DNA of 63,697 bases, filler included, from Lama guanicoe (GCA_013239625.1; 163 parts of 163 records of this genome joined end to end with filler, not necessarily neighbours in it); one strand, 5' to 3'. Counted from the whole stretch's first letter, positions 12,411-24,459 are shown. Translations and numbers: made by a program. Notes: generated by a model from the letters alone, not told the origin.

Positions 12411-12901
12411 NNNNNNNNNNNNNNNNNNNNNNNNNNNNNNNNNNNNNNNNNNNNTTAATTAATTAANNNNNNNNNNNNNNNNNNNNNNNNNNNNNNNNNN
12501 NNNNNNNNNNAAAAATAAAATAAAATAAAAACAGAATATGCAAAAAAAAATCATAACATCCATGTGTGGAGCTGCCATTTGTGTTTCTAACAGCACTGAG
12601 CCCTGGGGGCAGGGCGGGATCCCGTTCCAGCTTCCAGTGCAAGGCTTTGTGTCACTCTCCCCAACCCAGGCAGCAGCAGCTCTCAGCCGTGACTCAGCTC
12701 TGCATCCTCTCTCTGAATCTGAGTCCATAGATCCGTTGCCCTAAAAGGTTGAGTTGACAGCATTCATACTGCGGTCAAAGTCCTTGCCTTGTGCTCCTGT
12801 TNNNNNNNNNNNNNNNNNNNNNNNNNNNNNNNNNNNNNNNNNNNNTTAATTAATTAANNNNNNNNNNNNNNNNNNNNNNNNNNNNNNNNNNNNNNNNNNN
12901 N

Positions 12902-13191
12902 CTCTCCAGCATTTATCATTTGTGGACTTTTGAATGATGGCTGTTCTGACCCGTGTGAGGTGATACCTCATTGTAGTATTGATTTGCATTTCTTGGATAA
13001 TTAGTGATACCGAGCATTTTTTTCACGTGCTTATTGACCATTTGCATGTCTTCCTTGGAGAATTGCTTTATTTAGGTCTTCTGCCCATTTTTGGATTGGG
13101 TTGTTCGGTTTTTTTGTTGTTGTTATTAAAGTGTATAAGCTTTTTATATATTCTGGAAATTAAACCTTTGTCAGTTGCATCATTTGCAAAT
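12902..13191 (-). mobile_element. L1 ORF2 3' fragment
   Basis: tgtgaggtgatacctcattgtagtattgatttgcatttct...catttgcaaat, the standard L1 antisense read. Confidence 0.92.
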
Positions 13192-13291
13192 NNNNNNNNN
13201 NNNNNNNNNNNNNNNNNNNNNNNNNNNNNNNNNNNTTAATTAATTAANNNNNNNNNNNNNNNNNNNNNNNNNNNNNNNNNNNNNNNNNNNN

Positions 13292-13582
13292 ACATCTAGA
13301 AGAAAACACAGGGAAAGCTCCTTATGTTAAGTCTTGGCAATAATTTTTTTGGATATGACACCAAAAGCACAAGCAAGAGAAGGAAAAATTAACTAGTAGG
13401 ACTACATTAAATTAAACAAAGGAAACCATCTACAAAATGAAAAGGCAACATACAGTACAGGAGAAGATATTTGCAAATGATATATCTAATAAGGGGTTAG
13501 TATCCAAAATATGTAAAAAACTGATACAACTCTGTATCAAAAAAAATAAGGAATCCAATTTAAAAATGGACAGAGGAACTGA
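13292..13582 (+). mobile_element. L1 ORF2 fragment
   Basis: MKRQHTVQEKIFANDISNKGLVSKICKKLIQL resembles L1 ORF2 (KRQPTEWEKIFAN..SDKGLIS). Confidence 0.9.
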
Positions 13583-13682
13583 NNNNNNNNNNNNNNNNNN
13601 NNNNNNNNNNNNNNNNNNNNNNNNNNTTAATTAATTAANNNNNNNNNNNNNNNNNNNNNNNNNNNNNNNNNNNNNNNNNNNN

Positions 13683-13973
13683 AAACAGACTGAGAAACCA
13701 GAGTAAGTTTGTCTCCTGCAAACTTTCCACTTTGTACTAGATGAAGTAACGTCTCTCCACATTCTCAATTTTGAGAGCTAAGCGTGTGTGAAAGACTTCC
13801 TTCACCTAGCTTATTGGGAACAGGAAATTCCTTTTCAGTTGCAAATTGCATTACTTACCTTTGTATGTGGAGGTACAAGATCCAACTATGGTTTACAGTG
13901 AAAACTGCAGGAATTTCAAACCGTCACTAGGAAACAGACTGAGAAACAAGAGTAATCATTTCACCTGCAACCT
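13683..13973 (-). repeat. ~250-bp satellite family, copy B (reverse orientation)
   Basis: AAACAGACTGAGAAAC at 13683 and 13932 (period 249). Its reverse complement tttgcaggagacaaacttactctggtttctcagtct matches copy A. Confidence 0.88.
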
Positions 13974-14943
13974 NNNNNNNNNNNNNNNNNNNNNNNNNNN
14001 NNNNNNNNNNNNNNNNNTTAATTAATTAANNNNNNNNNNNNNNNNNNNNNNNNNNNNNNNNNNNNNNNNNNNNTAACGTCCGCGTAAGCCTGGCACAGGC
14101 TCTTCCCGCTTCTGTTCTCTGGCAGTGCGTTAGCTTTGCTGGGCTCATAAAGCAGAAGTTCAGAGTTCACCTGCTGCAAACTCATTTCACAGCTGGGAAA
14201 ACCGAGGCCAGAGTCTCAGCAGCCTCCGTGGCTTCATCTGAGGCGGGTTCTCTAACAAACAGACTCGTGCTGTCCACCCCGGGGCCAGAGTTACCATCGG
14301 GCCCTTTGCGTAACAACGTCTGGGTGCCTGTGATAATATTGTTTCAGTTCTAACAGAAACTAATNNNNNNNNNNNNNNNNNNNNNNNNNNNNNNNNNNNN
14401 NNNNNNNNTTAATTAATTAANNNNNNNNNNNNNNNNNNNNNNNNNNNNNNNNNNNNNNNNNNNNCCAGAGCAGAGCAGACACTCTATGACCAAGGCCTTT
14501 TCCTGCCACAGTTATTTATAAGCTCTAAGAATGATTCCGAGCCTAAATCTTACTACCTTGAATGATTTTCTTGTCACATTTAAAATCAAAACAACTTATT
14601 TTGTATTACAAAGAAATGACATTTAAAATTTTACATTTAATATTTTCCATGCTTTAGTTCTGCTGTCTTGAAGAGGAAATTATCACTCTTCCTATAAAAT
14701 GAGATTAGTTTTGCATTTAAGATGACTATATTTTTCCTTAATTCCCCAGTGTTATNNNNNNNNNNNNNNNNNNNNNNNNNNNNNNNNNNNNNNNNNNNNT
14801 TAATTAATTAANNNNNNNNNNNNNNNNNNNNNNNNNNNNNNNNNNNNNNNNNNNNTATGGTCCTAAAGTTCCTTGCTGGGACTAAATTAACAAATCAATA
14901 ACCACATGGAGAAATGCAGCTGTGCATGACTACTGCAATGGTT

Positions 14944-15144
14944 GTTTGTCTTCAGCTTCCTCAGGGGTCGGGTGATGGATCCTCTAGGCAGTCTGAACTC
15001 TAGAACAGGTTCTTCTATCTTCCACTTGGGGCTGGGAACCTTGGCATCTTCTTTTATTTCCATTTCCTACACATTGGTGGCTTCTGTCTTTCCTTTCAAG
15101 TCAGGATCCTTAATATCATGTGTGAGCTGGATATGTTTCTCCAG
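14944..15144 (-). pseudogene. ZNF532: ZNF532 pseudogene fragment (probably processed)
   Basis: The minus frame reads LEKHIQLTHDIKDPDLKGKTEATNV*EMEIKEDAKVPSPKWKIEEPVLEFRLPRGSITRPLRKLKTN, against human ZNF532 as recalled (LEKHVQLMHGIKDPDLKEMTDATNEEETEIKEDTKVPSPKRKLEEPVLEFRPPRGAITQPLKKLKIN). It has an in-frame TAG, and similarity ends abruptly. Absent from the ORF track. Confidence 0.85.
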
Positions 15145-15300
15145 CANNNNNNNNNNNNNNNNNNNNNNNNNNNNNNNNNNNNNNNNNNNNTTAATTAATT
15201 AANNNNNNNNNNNNNNNNNNNNNNNNNNNNNNNNNNNNNNNNNNNNTAATTTGTATGTTATGTTTTTGACTGTTTCTCTTTGCATAATTTTTTTAGTGGT

Positions 15301-15303
<3 letters not shown>

Positions 15304-15331
<28 letters not shown>
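15304..15331. repeat. (CA)14 microsatellite
   Basis: Read directly. Confidence 0.95.
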
Positions 15332-16025
15332 TAACTTTCCACAGTCCACTTAGAAACAGTGTTCTACTAATTCAGGTAACACGGAGAAATCTTCACATAG
15401 GTTCTTTTATCTTCTCTTTCTGTTATAATTGTCTTCTGTATCAGATCTACATATATTAAAAACTCCATCAGTTGTATAATTCTTTACTGTCAAATGTATT
15501 TTAAAGAACTCAAGGGGAGAATCATAGTCTGTTGNNNNNNNNNNNNNNNNNNNNNNNNNNNNNNNNNNNNNNNNNNNNTTAATTAATTAANNNNNNNNNN
15601 NNNNNNNNNNNNNNNNNNNNNNNNNNNNNNNNNNCCCAGAGAGGTCGCAGTCCTCCCAGGAAGAGACAAGCAGCGATTAGAGACGTGATCAGTGGCGCCG
15701 ATGCCAGAGCAAGCACGGGGGCCCCGGGGTTGCCACGTGGGCCCTAATGAGCCTGGGGGAGGTGCCAGCTCTGAGGAAGCTTTACAGAGGGGACGACAGC
15801 TAGCTGAGCCTTTCGGGATGAAGAGGCTGCAGTGGAGAGGGCCAGGGGAAGGGCAGTGCAGGCAGATGGAGCCAGCGCGGCGGCAGGGAAGGCGCCCCGG
15901 CATGGTGATGACTTCGCGCTGGCTGNNNNNNNNNNNNNNNNNNNNNNNNNNNNNNNNNNNNNNNNNNNNTTAATTAATTAANNNNNNNNNNNNNNNNNNN
16001 NNNNNNNNNNNNNNNNNNNNNNNNN

Positions 16026-16316
16026 GCCCGCCCGGAGCGGGAGCCGGAGCGGAGCGGGCGCGGCGGCCGGGGCGGGGGGCGCGGGCCGGCGAAGATGGCG
16101 AACGTGGGGCTGCAGTTCCAGGCGAGCGCCGGGGACGCGGACCCGCAGAGCCGGCCGCTGCTGCTGCTCGGGCAGCTGCACCACCTGCACCGCGTGCCCT
16201 GGAGCCACGTCCGCGGGAAGCTGCAGCCCCGGGTCACCGAGGAGGTGAGCGGGCCGCGCCGGCCGCCATGCGCCTCCCCGCCGGAGAGCGGAGGCCGGGC
16301 GGGGGCCAGGCCGGCG
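16026..16316. promoter_or_regulatory. CpG-island fragment around the NPEPL1 first coding exon
   Basis: Very GC- and CpG-rich, with GGGGCGGGG GC boxes upstream of the ATG. Confidence 0.85.
16095..16244 (+). CDS. NPEPL1: Aminopeptidase-like 1, first coding exon (50 codons)
   Basis: MANVGLQFQASAGDADPQSRPLLLLGQLHHLHRVPWSHVRGKLQPRVTEE is near-identical to the human NPEPL1 N-terminus as recalled. Kozak context aagATGG, and a phase-0 donor GTGAGC at 16245. Confidence 0.96.
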
Positions 16317-16489
16317 NNNNNNNNNNNNNNNNNNNNNNNNNNNNNNNNNNNNNNNNNNNNTTAATTAATTAANNNNNNNNNNNNNNNNNNNNNNNNNNNN
16401 NNNNNNNNNNNNNNNNAAGCAGGAGAACTTACATAGGAGTGTGGCATTAGCAACAGGAGAGGCGGCAAAACATACAGGGAGATGTGATG

Positions 16490-16690
16490 GTAGAAGCATG
16501 TGTGGAGGTTCTCTTCTGATGCTTCTGTTTTCTCACTGAATAAAAAGCAAATTGATCAACTGAGACATCAGAGATATAAGGAGAAAGAAGAAGGTATTAA
16601 GTAGGCACCATGAGAGGTGAAGACTGAATGACAGGAAGTACAGAAAGGTTGACATGCAACGTGAAGGGTCCCCTCGAGTTTCCCAGGAGA
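16490..16690 (-). mobile_element. L2 LINE fragment
   Basis: ttctcttctgatgcttctgttttctcactgaataaaaagcaaattgatcaactgag resembles antisense L2. Confidence 0.55.
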
Positions 16691-16807
16691 AAATAAGGGT
16701 GAACATGNNNNNNNNNNNNNNNNNNNNNNNNNNNNNNNNNNNNNNNNNNNNTTAATTAATTAANNNNNNNNNNNNNNNNNNNNNNNNNNNNNNNNNNNNN
16801 NNNNNNN

Positions 16808-17045
16808 AGTTCTTGATATATTCTTGATAAAATTTTTTTCAAGTATATAATGTGCAGATGTTTTCTTTGATTTTGTGTACTGTCTTTTCAGTTTCTGGAT
16901 AGCATCTTTGATGTACAAGTGTCTTTACTTTGATGAAAGGTGATTTACTTTTTTCTTTCCTTGCTTGTGTTAGCTACCAGATCTAAAAAATTTGCTAAGT
17001 CCAAGGTGATGATGACTAATACCCATTGTTTCTTTGAGAATTTAT
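16808..17045 (-). mobile_element. Ancient L1M ORF2 fragment
   Basis: ttcttgatatattcttgata...tgcagatgttttct...tttgatgtacaag is antisense L1 ORF2. Confidence 0.75.
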
Positions 17046-17047
17046 AC

Positions 17048-17098
17048 ATCTTCCCTCCCTATCTGTGAGGTATTGGTTCCAGGACACCCTGTGGATAC
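17048..17098. mobile_element. MER2 (Tigger-family MITE) terminal fragment
   Basis: ccctatctgtgaggtattggttccaggacaccctgtggatac resembles the MER2 5' end. Confidence 0.7.
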
Positions 17099-18419
17099 NN
17101 NNNNNNNNNNNNNNNNNNNNNNNNNNNNNNNNNNNNNNNNNNTTAATTAATTAANNNNNNNNNNNNNNNNNNNNNNNNNNNNNNNNNNNNNNNNNNNNAT
17201 ACCATCAACCCTCCCACTCTTTTGTACACTGTCCTCATGTAATCTGCAAGATGGCGTCCTGGAGAAGGTCCTTTGCCCAGAACTCGTGCTCATTTTCAGA
17301 GCTAGGCCAAGTGGGAGGTTGGTCTCCAGGGCCTGAGAGGGGCTATTTGTGAAATGTTCTCTGCTGAGACCCAGCGGACTGAAGGGAACTGTGTGCTCTG
17401 ATGGAGAGAGAGCACACTGAGTCTCTGTGGAGGCATCTCGGAGATCATCCCAAAGGCACACAGCTCTAACCCTGGACACGGGAATTTTTNNNNNNNNNNN
17501 NNNNNNNNNNNNNNNNNNNNNNNNNNNNNNNNNTTAATTAATTAANNNNNNNNNNNNNNNNNNNNNNNNNNNNNNNNNNNNNNNNNNNNTGGTTTTATAA
17601 GTGAAAATGTTATTGTTATTTTACAGAATAGATTTTCTGTTTATAAATATAATGTTATATGTACAGGCATAGAAAATTTTAAAACACCAAAAATATGTAA
17701 TAGAAAGGAAAACCATATATTATATCATATACTTCTACTATATGTATGACTTTATTTCTGTGATTTTTAACCCTGTGTATACTTTATACTTTTTTATAAA
17801 ATAAAGAAGTATGTTAAATATATGATATATATAAATTCCATATATAAATGATATAATATGAATAATATATACTATATATANNNNNNNNNNNNNNNNNNNN
17901 NNNNNNNNNNNNNNNNNNNNNNNNTTAATTAATTAANNNNNNNNNNNNNNNNNNNNNNNNNNNNNNNNNNNNNNNNNNNNACTACCCTGAGAACTTCTTT
18001 TCTCCCTCCCTTCTCATACAGTGAGCGGTTGTGAGAGTTCAGATCAGCTGCAGGTGGTAAGAATAGAGTATATCACCATCACTGCTGGTTTACTTGCATA
18101 TAATAATATATATTTTTCATCAGTTTGCAGGTGTATTTTCTTACTTAGTCCTAATGAGAAGTAGTTGCAAAGTGGTTTTAGTTGGTACCCACTGCTGAAG
18201 ACAGAAAGGCTGTGTGTCCTGGACCAGTTCTTGTCAGTCGTCAGCACGCATGAAGCGCCTGGGGAGCTTGGNNNNNNNNNNNNNNNNNNNNNNNNNNNNN
18301 NNNNNNNNNNNNNNNTTAATTAATTAANNNNNNNNNNNNNNNNNNNNNNNNNNNNNNNNNNNNNNNNNNNNTTTTTTTTATCATATAAGACAATATTGAT
18401 GTAGGTACTGACAGACAAT

Positions 18420-18662
18420 TCATCTTGTAAACAGATGATGTAAATGTATGCTATCACTAAATACAGTACAGCGCCATAAATGTATTTTTTCTTTCTCATG
18501 ACTCTCTTGATAACATTTTCTCTTCTCTAGCTTACTTTATTGTAAGAATACAGTATAGAATACATGTAACATACAAAATATGTGCTTACCAATTATTTAT
18601 GTTGGGGGTAAGGCTTCTGGTCAACAGTAGGCTACTAGTAGTTAAGTTTGCAGGGGGTCAGA
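18420..18662 (+). mobile_element. Tigger2-family DNA transposon 3' fragment
   Basis: tctagcttactttattgtaagaatacagtata...ggtaaggcttctggtcaacagtaggctactagtagttaagttt. Confidence 0.85.
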
Positions 18663-19544
18663 NNNNNNNNNNNNNNNNNNNNNNNNNNNNNNNNNNNNNN
18701 NNNNNNTTAATTAATTAANNNNNNNNNNNNNNNNNNNNNNNNNNNNNNNNNNNNNNNNNNNNACCATTTTCTGTGCAGTGTTCCCTCTGTATCATTTTGA
18801 AGCCAGAGTTCATGGCCTTGCCAGGACCAGAAATCACATTCACCATATCTTCCCATTTGTACCACCTCTAAATAAACAAGTGATTGAATCTTGTTCTATC
18901 CTGCTTTTTGTCTCTTGTTTTGAATTATTTTTCACACTGTTTTAGCTACAGCTTGTGTCTTTGTAAGACAGTGTTTGTTCTCCGTTCTTCTCTTGTTCCC
19001 TTTGTTCAATGCACCTCTCCCACACCCCATCCAGGTCTCCTCCACTAACTCGTNNNNNNNNNNNNNNNNNNNNNNNNNNNNNNNNNNNNNNNNNNNNTTA
19101 ATTAATTAANNNNNNNNNNNNNNNNNNNNNNNNNNNNNNNNNNNNNNNNNNNNCTCTGTATGTAAACATTCATGACAGCCTTTGCAAACAGTGTGCCTGT
19201 TCGCAGATAAGGGTTGGCAAAGACTGCAGCCTGCAGTGTTTTTTACATTGGACTGTTGCTTATATAGTTTAAACCATTGGGGATGGACTCAAGAGAGGGA
19301 GTGATCTCTTAAGGGAGGCACAGCTGTCCTAGAAGATTCTGAGCAGGTAGGTGACTCCAGCTGCACCGGGCTGTCCTCAGGCAGCATCTGGCCTCTCCTG
19401 GTCATCTGGGGCCTGGTTAAGCAGTGGTCCTGGTTCAGCACTGGNNNNNNNNNNNNNNNNNNNNNNNNNNNNNNNNNNNNNNNNNNNNTTAATTAATTAA
19501 NNNNNNNNNNNNNNNNNNNNNNNNNNNNNNNNNNNNNNNNNNNN

Positions 19545-19720
19545 GAGTCTTTTGTAACCTAATCTTGGAAGTGACATCCATTCTCTCTTGCCCTATTCTA
19601 ATGTTCAGAAAATGAGTCACACTCTCTTCTAAACTCACACCAAAGGGGAGGGACTATGCGAGGTCACACATACCAGAAAGCAGGAGACATAAGGGGCCAT
19701 TTTAGAGGCTGCCTACCACC
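19545..19720. mobile_element. MLT1F/G-like MaLR LTR end
   Basis: acctaatcttggaagtgacatccat...ggggccattttagaggctgcctaccac terminus. Confidence 0.75.
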
Positions 19721-20327
19721 ACTGCGGATGATAGATTGCTAAGAACAACAAAACAATAAAAGCTGTAAGTTTTGATGCAGAATCAGGTGTAATGATACCT
19801 GCTGAATATCAGTTGTAATGATAGGAGCTGGGGGGNNNNNNNNNNNNNNNNNNNNNNNNNNNNNNNNNNNNNNNNNNNNTTAATTAATTAANNNNNNNNN
19901 NNNNNNNNNNNNNNNNNNNNNNNNNNNNNNNNNNNTGAGTCACCTGGCTGTGACAGCAAAATAATTCTGTATCCTACTGGTAGAGACGCTGCCTCTTCCC
20001 TGAACCGGCCAGGTGATGGGATGGAATAAAGCTGGCCCTGAAAACCATAGGAATCTGTGCATATAGCTAAAAGGATCTGGGAACAATCCAGTCTGACAAG
20101 TCGTTCTTCTCTACCCGTGTGTTCCAGCTGCCAAGACGTGTAACAGAACACCAGGAGCACCACTATCCATCAGGCCATCTCATCTAGGCAGCTGGGAGAC
20201 TGCAGGTGCCAGCCTGCGCTGGGGGTNNNNNNNNNNNNNNNNNNNNNNNNNNNNNNNNNNNNNNNNNNNNTTAATTAATTAANNNNNNNNNNNNNNNNNN
20301 NNNNNNNNNNNNNNNNNNNNNNNNNNT

Positions 20328-20615
20328 CTCCCTGGATCTGCAGAAAGGAAAGGTCATGGTGATGGGTGTGAGCATAAAGCCATCCACCGATCCCAGGATC
20401 CAGCAGCCCGACACCAAGAGGAGACACACCCGATGGCTCATGAGAATAGAGTAACGGAGCGGATGGCAGATGGCTACATAGCGGTCATAGGCCGTGGAAG
20501 CGAGAAGGAAGAATTCTGAACCTACTAGAGTCAAGTAGAGAAACATCTGCATCCCACATTCAGGGGCCGAGATCTTACTCACACCCATTATCTGGTCCAT
20601 GAGCATCTTGGGTGC
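20328..20615 (-). CDS. Olfactory receptor, OR2T family (OR2T4/5/29-like), internal fragment from the end of TM2 to ECL2
   Basis: Open frame [25 protein letters not shown]...[18 protein letters not shown]...[34 protein letters not shown] is typical of OR2T. Confidence 0.93.
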
Positions 20616-20717
20616 AGNNNNNNNNNNNNNNNNNNNNNNNNNNNNNNNNNNNNNNNNNNNNTTAATTAATTAANNNNNNNNNNNNNNNNNNNNNNNNNNN
20701 NNNNNNNNNNNNNNNNN

Positions 20718-21008
20718 TCTCAGTAATTGACAGAACAAAAATATCAGTAATGCTATAGAATATTTAAACCATACATTTAAACATTTACACATAGAACACT
20801 GCATCCAAAAGTCATAGAGTAGTTTTATCCTCTAGTGCACATGGAACATCTACCAAAGTTGATCACATGCTAACCTTAAAAAAGTCTTATCGTAGTCTTA
20901 ATAATAGACTTGACAAGAATATTACCAGAAAAAGGAAAACTATGGAATAATGCACCTGATAAATATAGAAACATAAAGCCTCAAACAAAATATTGGCATA
21001 TCAAATAA
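20718..21008 (+). mobile_element. Degenerate L1M ORF2 pieces
   Basis: tctcagtaattgacagaac...agtgcacatggaacatctaccaaagttgatcacatgct (endonuclease) joined to an RT-proximal segment. Confidence 0.7.
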
Positions 21009-21108
21009 NNNNNNNNNNNNNNNNNNNNNNNNNNNNNNNNNNNNNNNNNNNNTTAATTAATTAANNNNNNNNNNNNNNNNNNNNNNNNNNNNNNNNNNNN
21101 NNNNNNNN

Positions 21109-21360
21109 GACACGGAGACCCCGCTCAAGGCCAGCCCTTTCCAGAGGCTGGGGGTCTACGTGGACTTCCTGAGAGGGGTCCTCTCCTTTTACGGCGTGGA
21201 GCCCGACGCCATGACTCTGGTCCACAGGTTTGACTGTAAGTTTTCCGAGCCCGTCTACCCCGCCTTCTGGCTTTCCAAGAAGGAAAATGCCGTCCGGATC
21301 GTGGATCTGGGAGAGGAGCCCAGGAAGCCAGTGCCGGCCTCGCTGGAGGCTGCACCCTAG
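21109..21360 (+). CDS. TRIM16: Tripartite motif 16, C-terminal end of the PRY-SPRY (B30.2) domain through the stop codon
   Basis: [83 protein letters not shown] aligns to the human TRIM16 C-terminus as recalled (...[40 protein letters not shown]). Confidence 0.93.
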   Translation, partial: DTETPLKASPFQRLGVYVDFLRGVLSFYGVEPDAMTLVHRFDCKFSEPVYPAFWLSKKENAVRIVDLGEEPRKPVPASLEAAP

Positions 21361-21890
21361 ACTCCGTGTCCCAGACTCAAGCTGACCACAAAGACGGGGN
21401 NNNNNNNNNNNNNNNNNNNNNNNNNNNNNNNNNNNNNNNNNNNTTAATTAATTAANNNNNNNNNNNNNNNNNNNNNNNNNNNNNNNNNNNNNNNNNNNNA
21501 AAAAAAAAAAGGAATGGCTTTTAAATCGTGGCTTTTTGAGTCTTGGCCTAACCATTACTGAATGTGCAAATCATTTATTCTCGGTTAGTCACAGTAGCAA
21601 TAAAATGTAGATCATATCTGTTTATCAGAGTTTTCGTGAAAATTAGAGTGGATTATTTCAAGCACTGAGCAGTGTGTCACATGTTAATCAAGCAACAATT
21701 AGACCATCAGTTTTACAATTTTCATCAGAGTATTTGGAGATGGGGGAGATGTCATCTGTGATCATCACTATAAATCACAAGGAAGCCATANNNNNNNNNN
21801 NNNNNNNNNNNNNNNNNNNNNNNNNNNNNNNNNNTTAATTAATTAANNNNNNNNNNNNNNNNNNNNNNNNNNNNNNNNNNNNNNNNNNNN

Positions 21891-21975
21891 TAAAAATAAG
21901 TAAATGAATAAACCTAATTGCCTCCCTCCCTGCCCCCCCCAAATAAAATAATAAAAATAAATAAATAAAATAAAT
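21891..21975 (+). mobile_element. 3' tail of a camelid tRNA-derived SINE (Vic-1-like)
   Basis: taaaaataagtaaatgaataaacctaattgcctccc...ccccccc followed by (AAAT)n matches my recall of the camelid SINE tail aaataaacctaattacctccccc. Confidence 0.65.
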
Positions 21976-22672
21976 TCCAATGTGTAAAGAAGAAATGAAG
22001 AGCTTTTTCTGCATTGAATAAGACAGACTTCTCACATGGAATACTGACCCCAGCTGGGCTTAAGCCAGCCTTCCCACAGGTCACAGATGAGGCGACAGAG
22101 GCAAGGCCACAGAAGTCCGCAAGTGCGGGGAAAACTGACACCTGTTTTTGTTGTTTTTTTTTTTTTTTTTTAAAGGAAGGANNNNNNNNNNNNNNNNNNN
22201 NNNNNNNNNNNNNNNNNNNNNNNNNTTAATTAATTAANNNNNNNNNNNNNNNNNNNNNNNNNNNNNNNNNNNNNNNNNNNNCTGCTTGGAGGAGGACGCC
22301 TGGACAGGCAGACTAGTTAGGAGCCAGCTGTCACGTCCATCATGTGAACTTAGTCCTGCAGGCGGTGCAGGAAGCTGACGGTCAGGCCGATGGGTGGGGG
22401 GCATCTGGGGCAGAGGGAAGAGCATGAGGAGTGAGTCCGAGGCTCGCTGGACGCAGGGCTAGACGGCACTGTCAGGATAGGAGGTAGGAAAAGTGGGCCA
22501 GGGCCAGACCAGGCGGTTTGGAGCCAGGGAAGAGCTCAGCCTTCACCCCAGAAGGCTTTCAGTGGGGAGTGANNNNNNNNNNNNNNNNNNNNNNNNNNNN
22601 NNNNNNNNNNNNNNNNTTAATTAATTAANNNNNNNNNNNNNNNNNNNNNNNNNNNNNNNNNNNNNNNNNNNN

Positions 22673-22963
22673 GTTGCTACATTTTCTTTACACTTTTACT
22701 GTTTCTAACAAGAAACCTACTCTCATCTTTATCTTTGTTTTTCTGTACATGCTGTGCATTTTTCTCTGGCTGCCTTTCAGATTGTCTCTTCATCATGGGT
22801 TTTGAGCAATTTGATTTTGATGTCTCTTGGTGTAGTGTCATTCATGTGTCTTATGGTTAGAGTTTTCTTCTCTCCCTCATATATACTTGTATATACTTTC
22901 TCAGAGACTCCAGTCACTTGTATATTTTGCAACTTAAAGTTTGACTACAGTTAACTGAATCTT
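22673..22963 (-). mobile_element. Ancient L1M ORF1 fragment
   Basis: ttttctctggctgcctttcagattgtctcttcatcatgggttttgagcaatttgattttgatg is antisense L1 ORF1. Confidence 0.75.
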
Positions 22964-23454
22964 NNNNNNNNNNNNNNNNNNNNNNNNNNNNNNNNNNNNN
23001 NNNNNNNTTAATTAATTAANNNNNNNNNNNNNNNNNNNNNNNNNNNNNNNNNNNNNNNNNNNNACGTACAGTCCCCCAGAGGAAGCAGGCATCCAGGCAG
23101 GACACCAAGACCCAACCTGAGGGTTCCAGAGGGTCTGCTTTGGGCAAACAGAGAGTGCATGTTTAGGAACCAGTGGGGCAGACGAGGGGCAGAGCCCACA
23201 GTGGAACCTCATTACAGCGGGGCCAGGAGGGCTGGCAGGACCCACCTTGAAGATTCACGGTGGGCATCACAGAGGGCGTCTGGAAGGGTCTGTCTGAACC
23301 ACCCAGGGCAAGGAGCAGTTTCAAAAAGTGACGGCTTCCTGTCAATCGGCAGGTNNNNNNNNNNNNNNNNNNNNNNNNNNNNNNNNNNNNNNNNNNNNTT
23401 AATTAATTAANNNNNNNNNNNNNNNNNNNNNNNNNNNNNNNNNNNNNNNNNNNN

Positions 23455-23745
23455 CGGGTGCTGGGCGCGGGGTGGGGGGCCCCCGCCCCGCGGGCAGCGG
23501 GAAACAGCCGGGGTGGGGGGCCCGGCCCGGCCCCGGAGGGAGGCCGGCCCCCGCCGCCCGCACCCCGGGAACATGTCCGCGGCCCGGGCGCGGAGCGGGG
23601 CCCCGGGGAGCAGAGCCCGGGGAGGGCGGGTGCCGTGGCGGCGGCGGCCGCGGAGCCGCTAGTCCCCTCCCTCCTGGGGGAGCAGCTGCCGCCGCCGCCG
23701 CCGTCAGCGCCGGGGCCGGGGCCGGAGCGAGCCGGGCGGGCGGGC
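23455..23745. promoter_or_regulatory. CpG-island / 5' gene-end fragment with (GCG)/(GCC) runs; gene not identified
   Basis: Extreme GC and CpG density, with a (GCC)5 run near 23686-23702. Confidence 0.8.
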
Positions 23746-24236
23746 NNNNNNNNNNNNNNNNNNNNNNNNNNNNNNNNNNNNNNNNNNNNTTAATTAATTA
23801 ANNNNNNNNNNNNNNNNNNNNNNNNNNNNNNNNNNNNNNNNNNNNAATTTGGATGAGAACACTATGATTTCATCTTCAAAACTGAAACACACTCACAGAT
23901 ATGCTAAGCAATTTTATGATTACTGAGGAAAGGGGCTGTGAGAGGATATATTTGAGAGCTGTAAATTTATAAATGTTATTCACTATATATAAAAATAGAT
24001 TTTTTAAAAATTCTCTTCTATGACACAGGGCAGTAAGTTAAGTATCATGAAGTAATTTTTAATAGGCACAAAAATATATGCGTTTATGGGGACACTGTGC
24101 TCTACACCACAGATTGACACATTGTAAATGGCAGTANNNNNNNNNNNNNNNNNNNNNNNNNNNNNNNNNNNNNNNNNNNNTTAATTAATTAANNNNNNNN
24201 NNNNNNNNNNNNNNNNNNNNNNNNNNNNNNNNNNNN

Positions 24237-24459
24237 CTTGTCTTGTTCCTGATCTTAGAGGGAATGCTTTCAGCTTTTCACCATTAAGTATGACATTAGT
24301 TGTGGGTTTGTCATATATGGGCCTTTGTTATGTTGAGGTATGTCCCCTCTCTGCTCACTGTCTGGAGAGTTTTTATTGTAAATGGATGTTGAGTTTTATC
24401 AAAAGCTTTTTCTGCATCTTTTGAGATGATCATGCGATTTTTATTCTTTAATTTGTTTA
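24237..24459 (-). mobile_element. L1 ORF2 reverse-transcriptase fragment (inverted part)
   Basis: ccttgtcttgttcctgatcttagagggaatgctttcagc...gctttttctgcatcttttgagatgatcatg is antisense to the HMIISxDAEKAFDK...[13 protein letters not shown] region. Confidence 0.92.
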
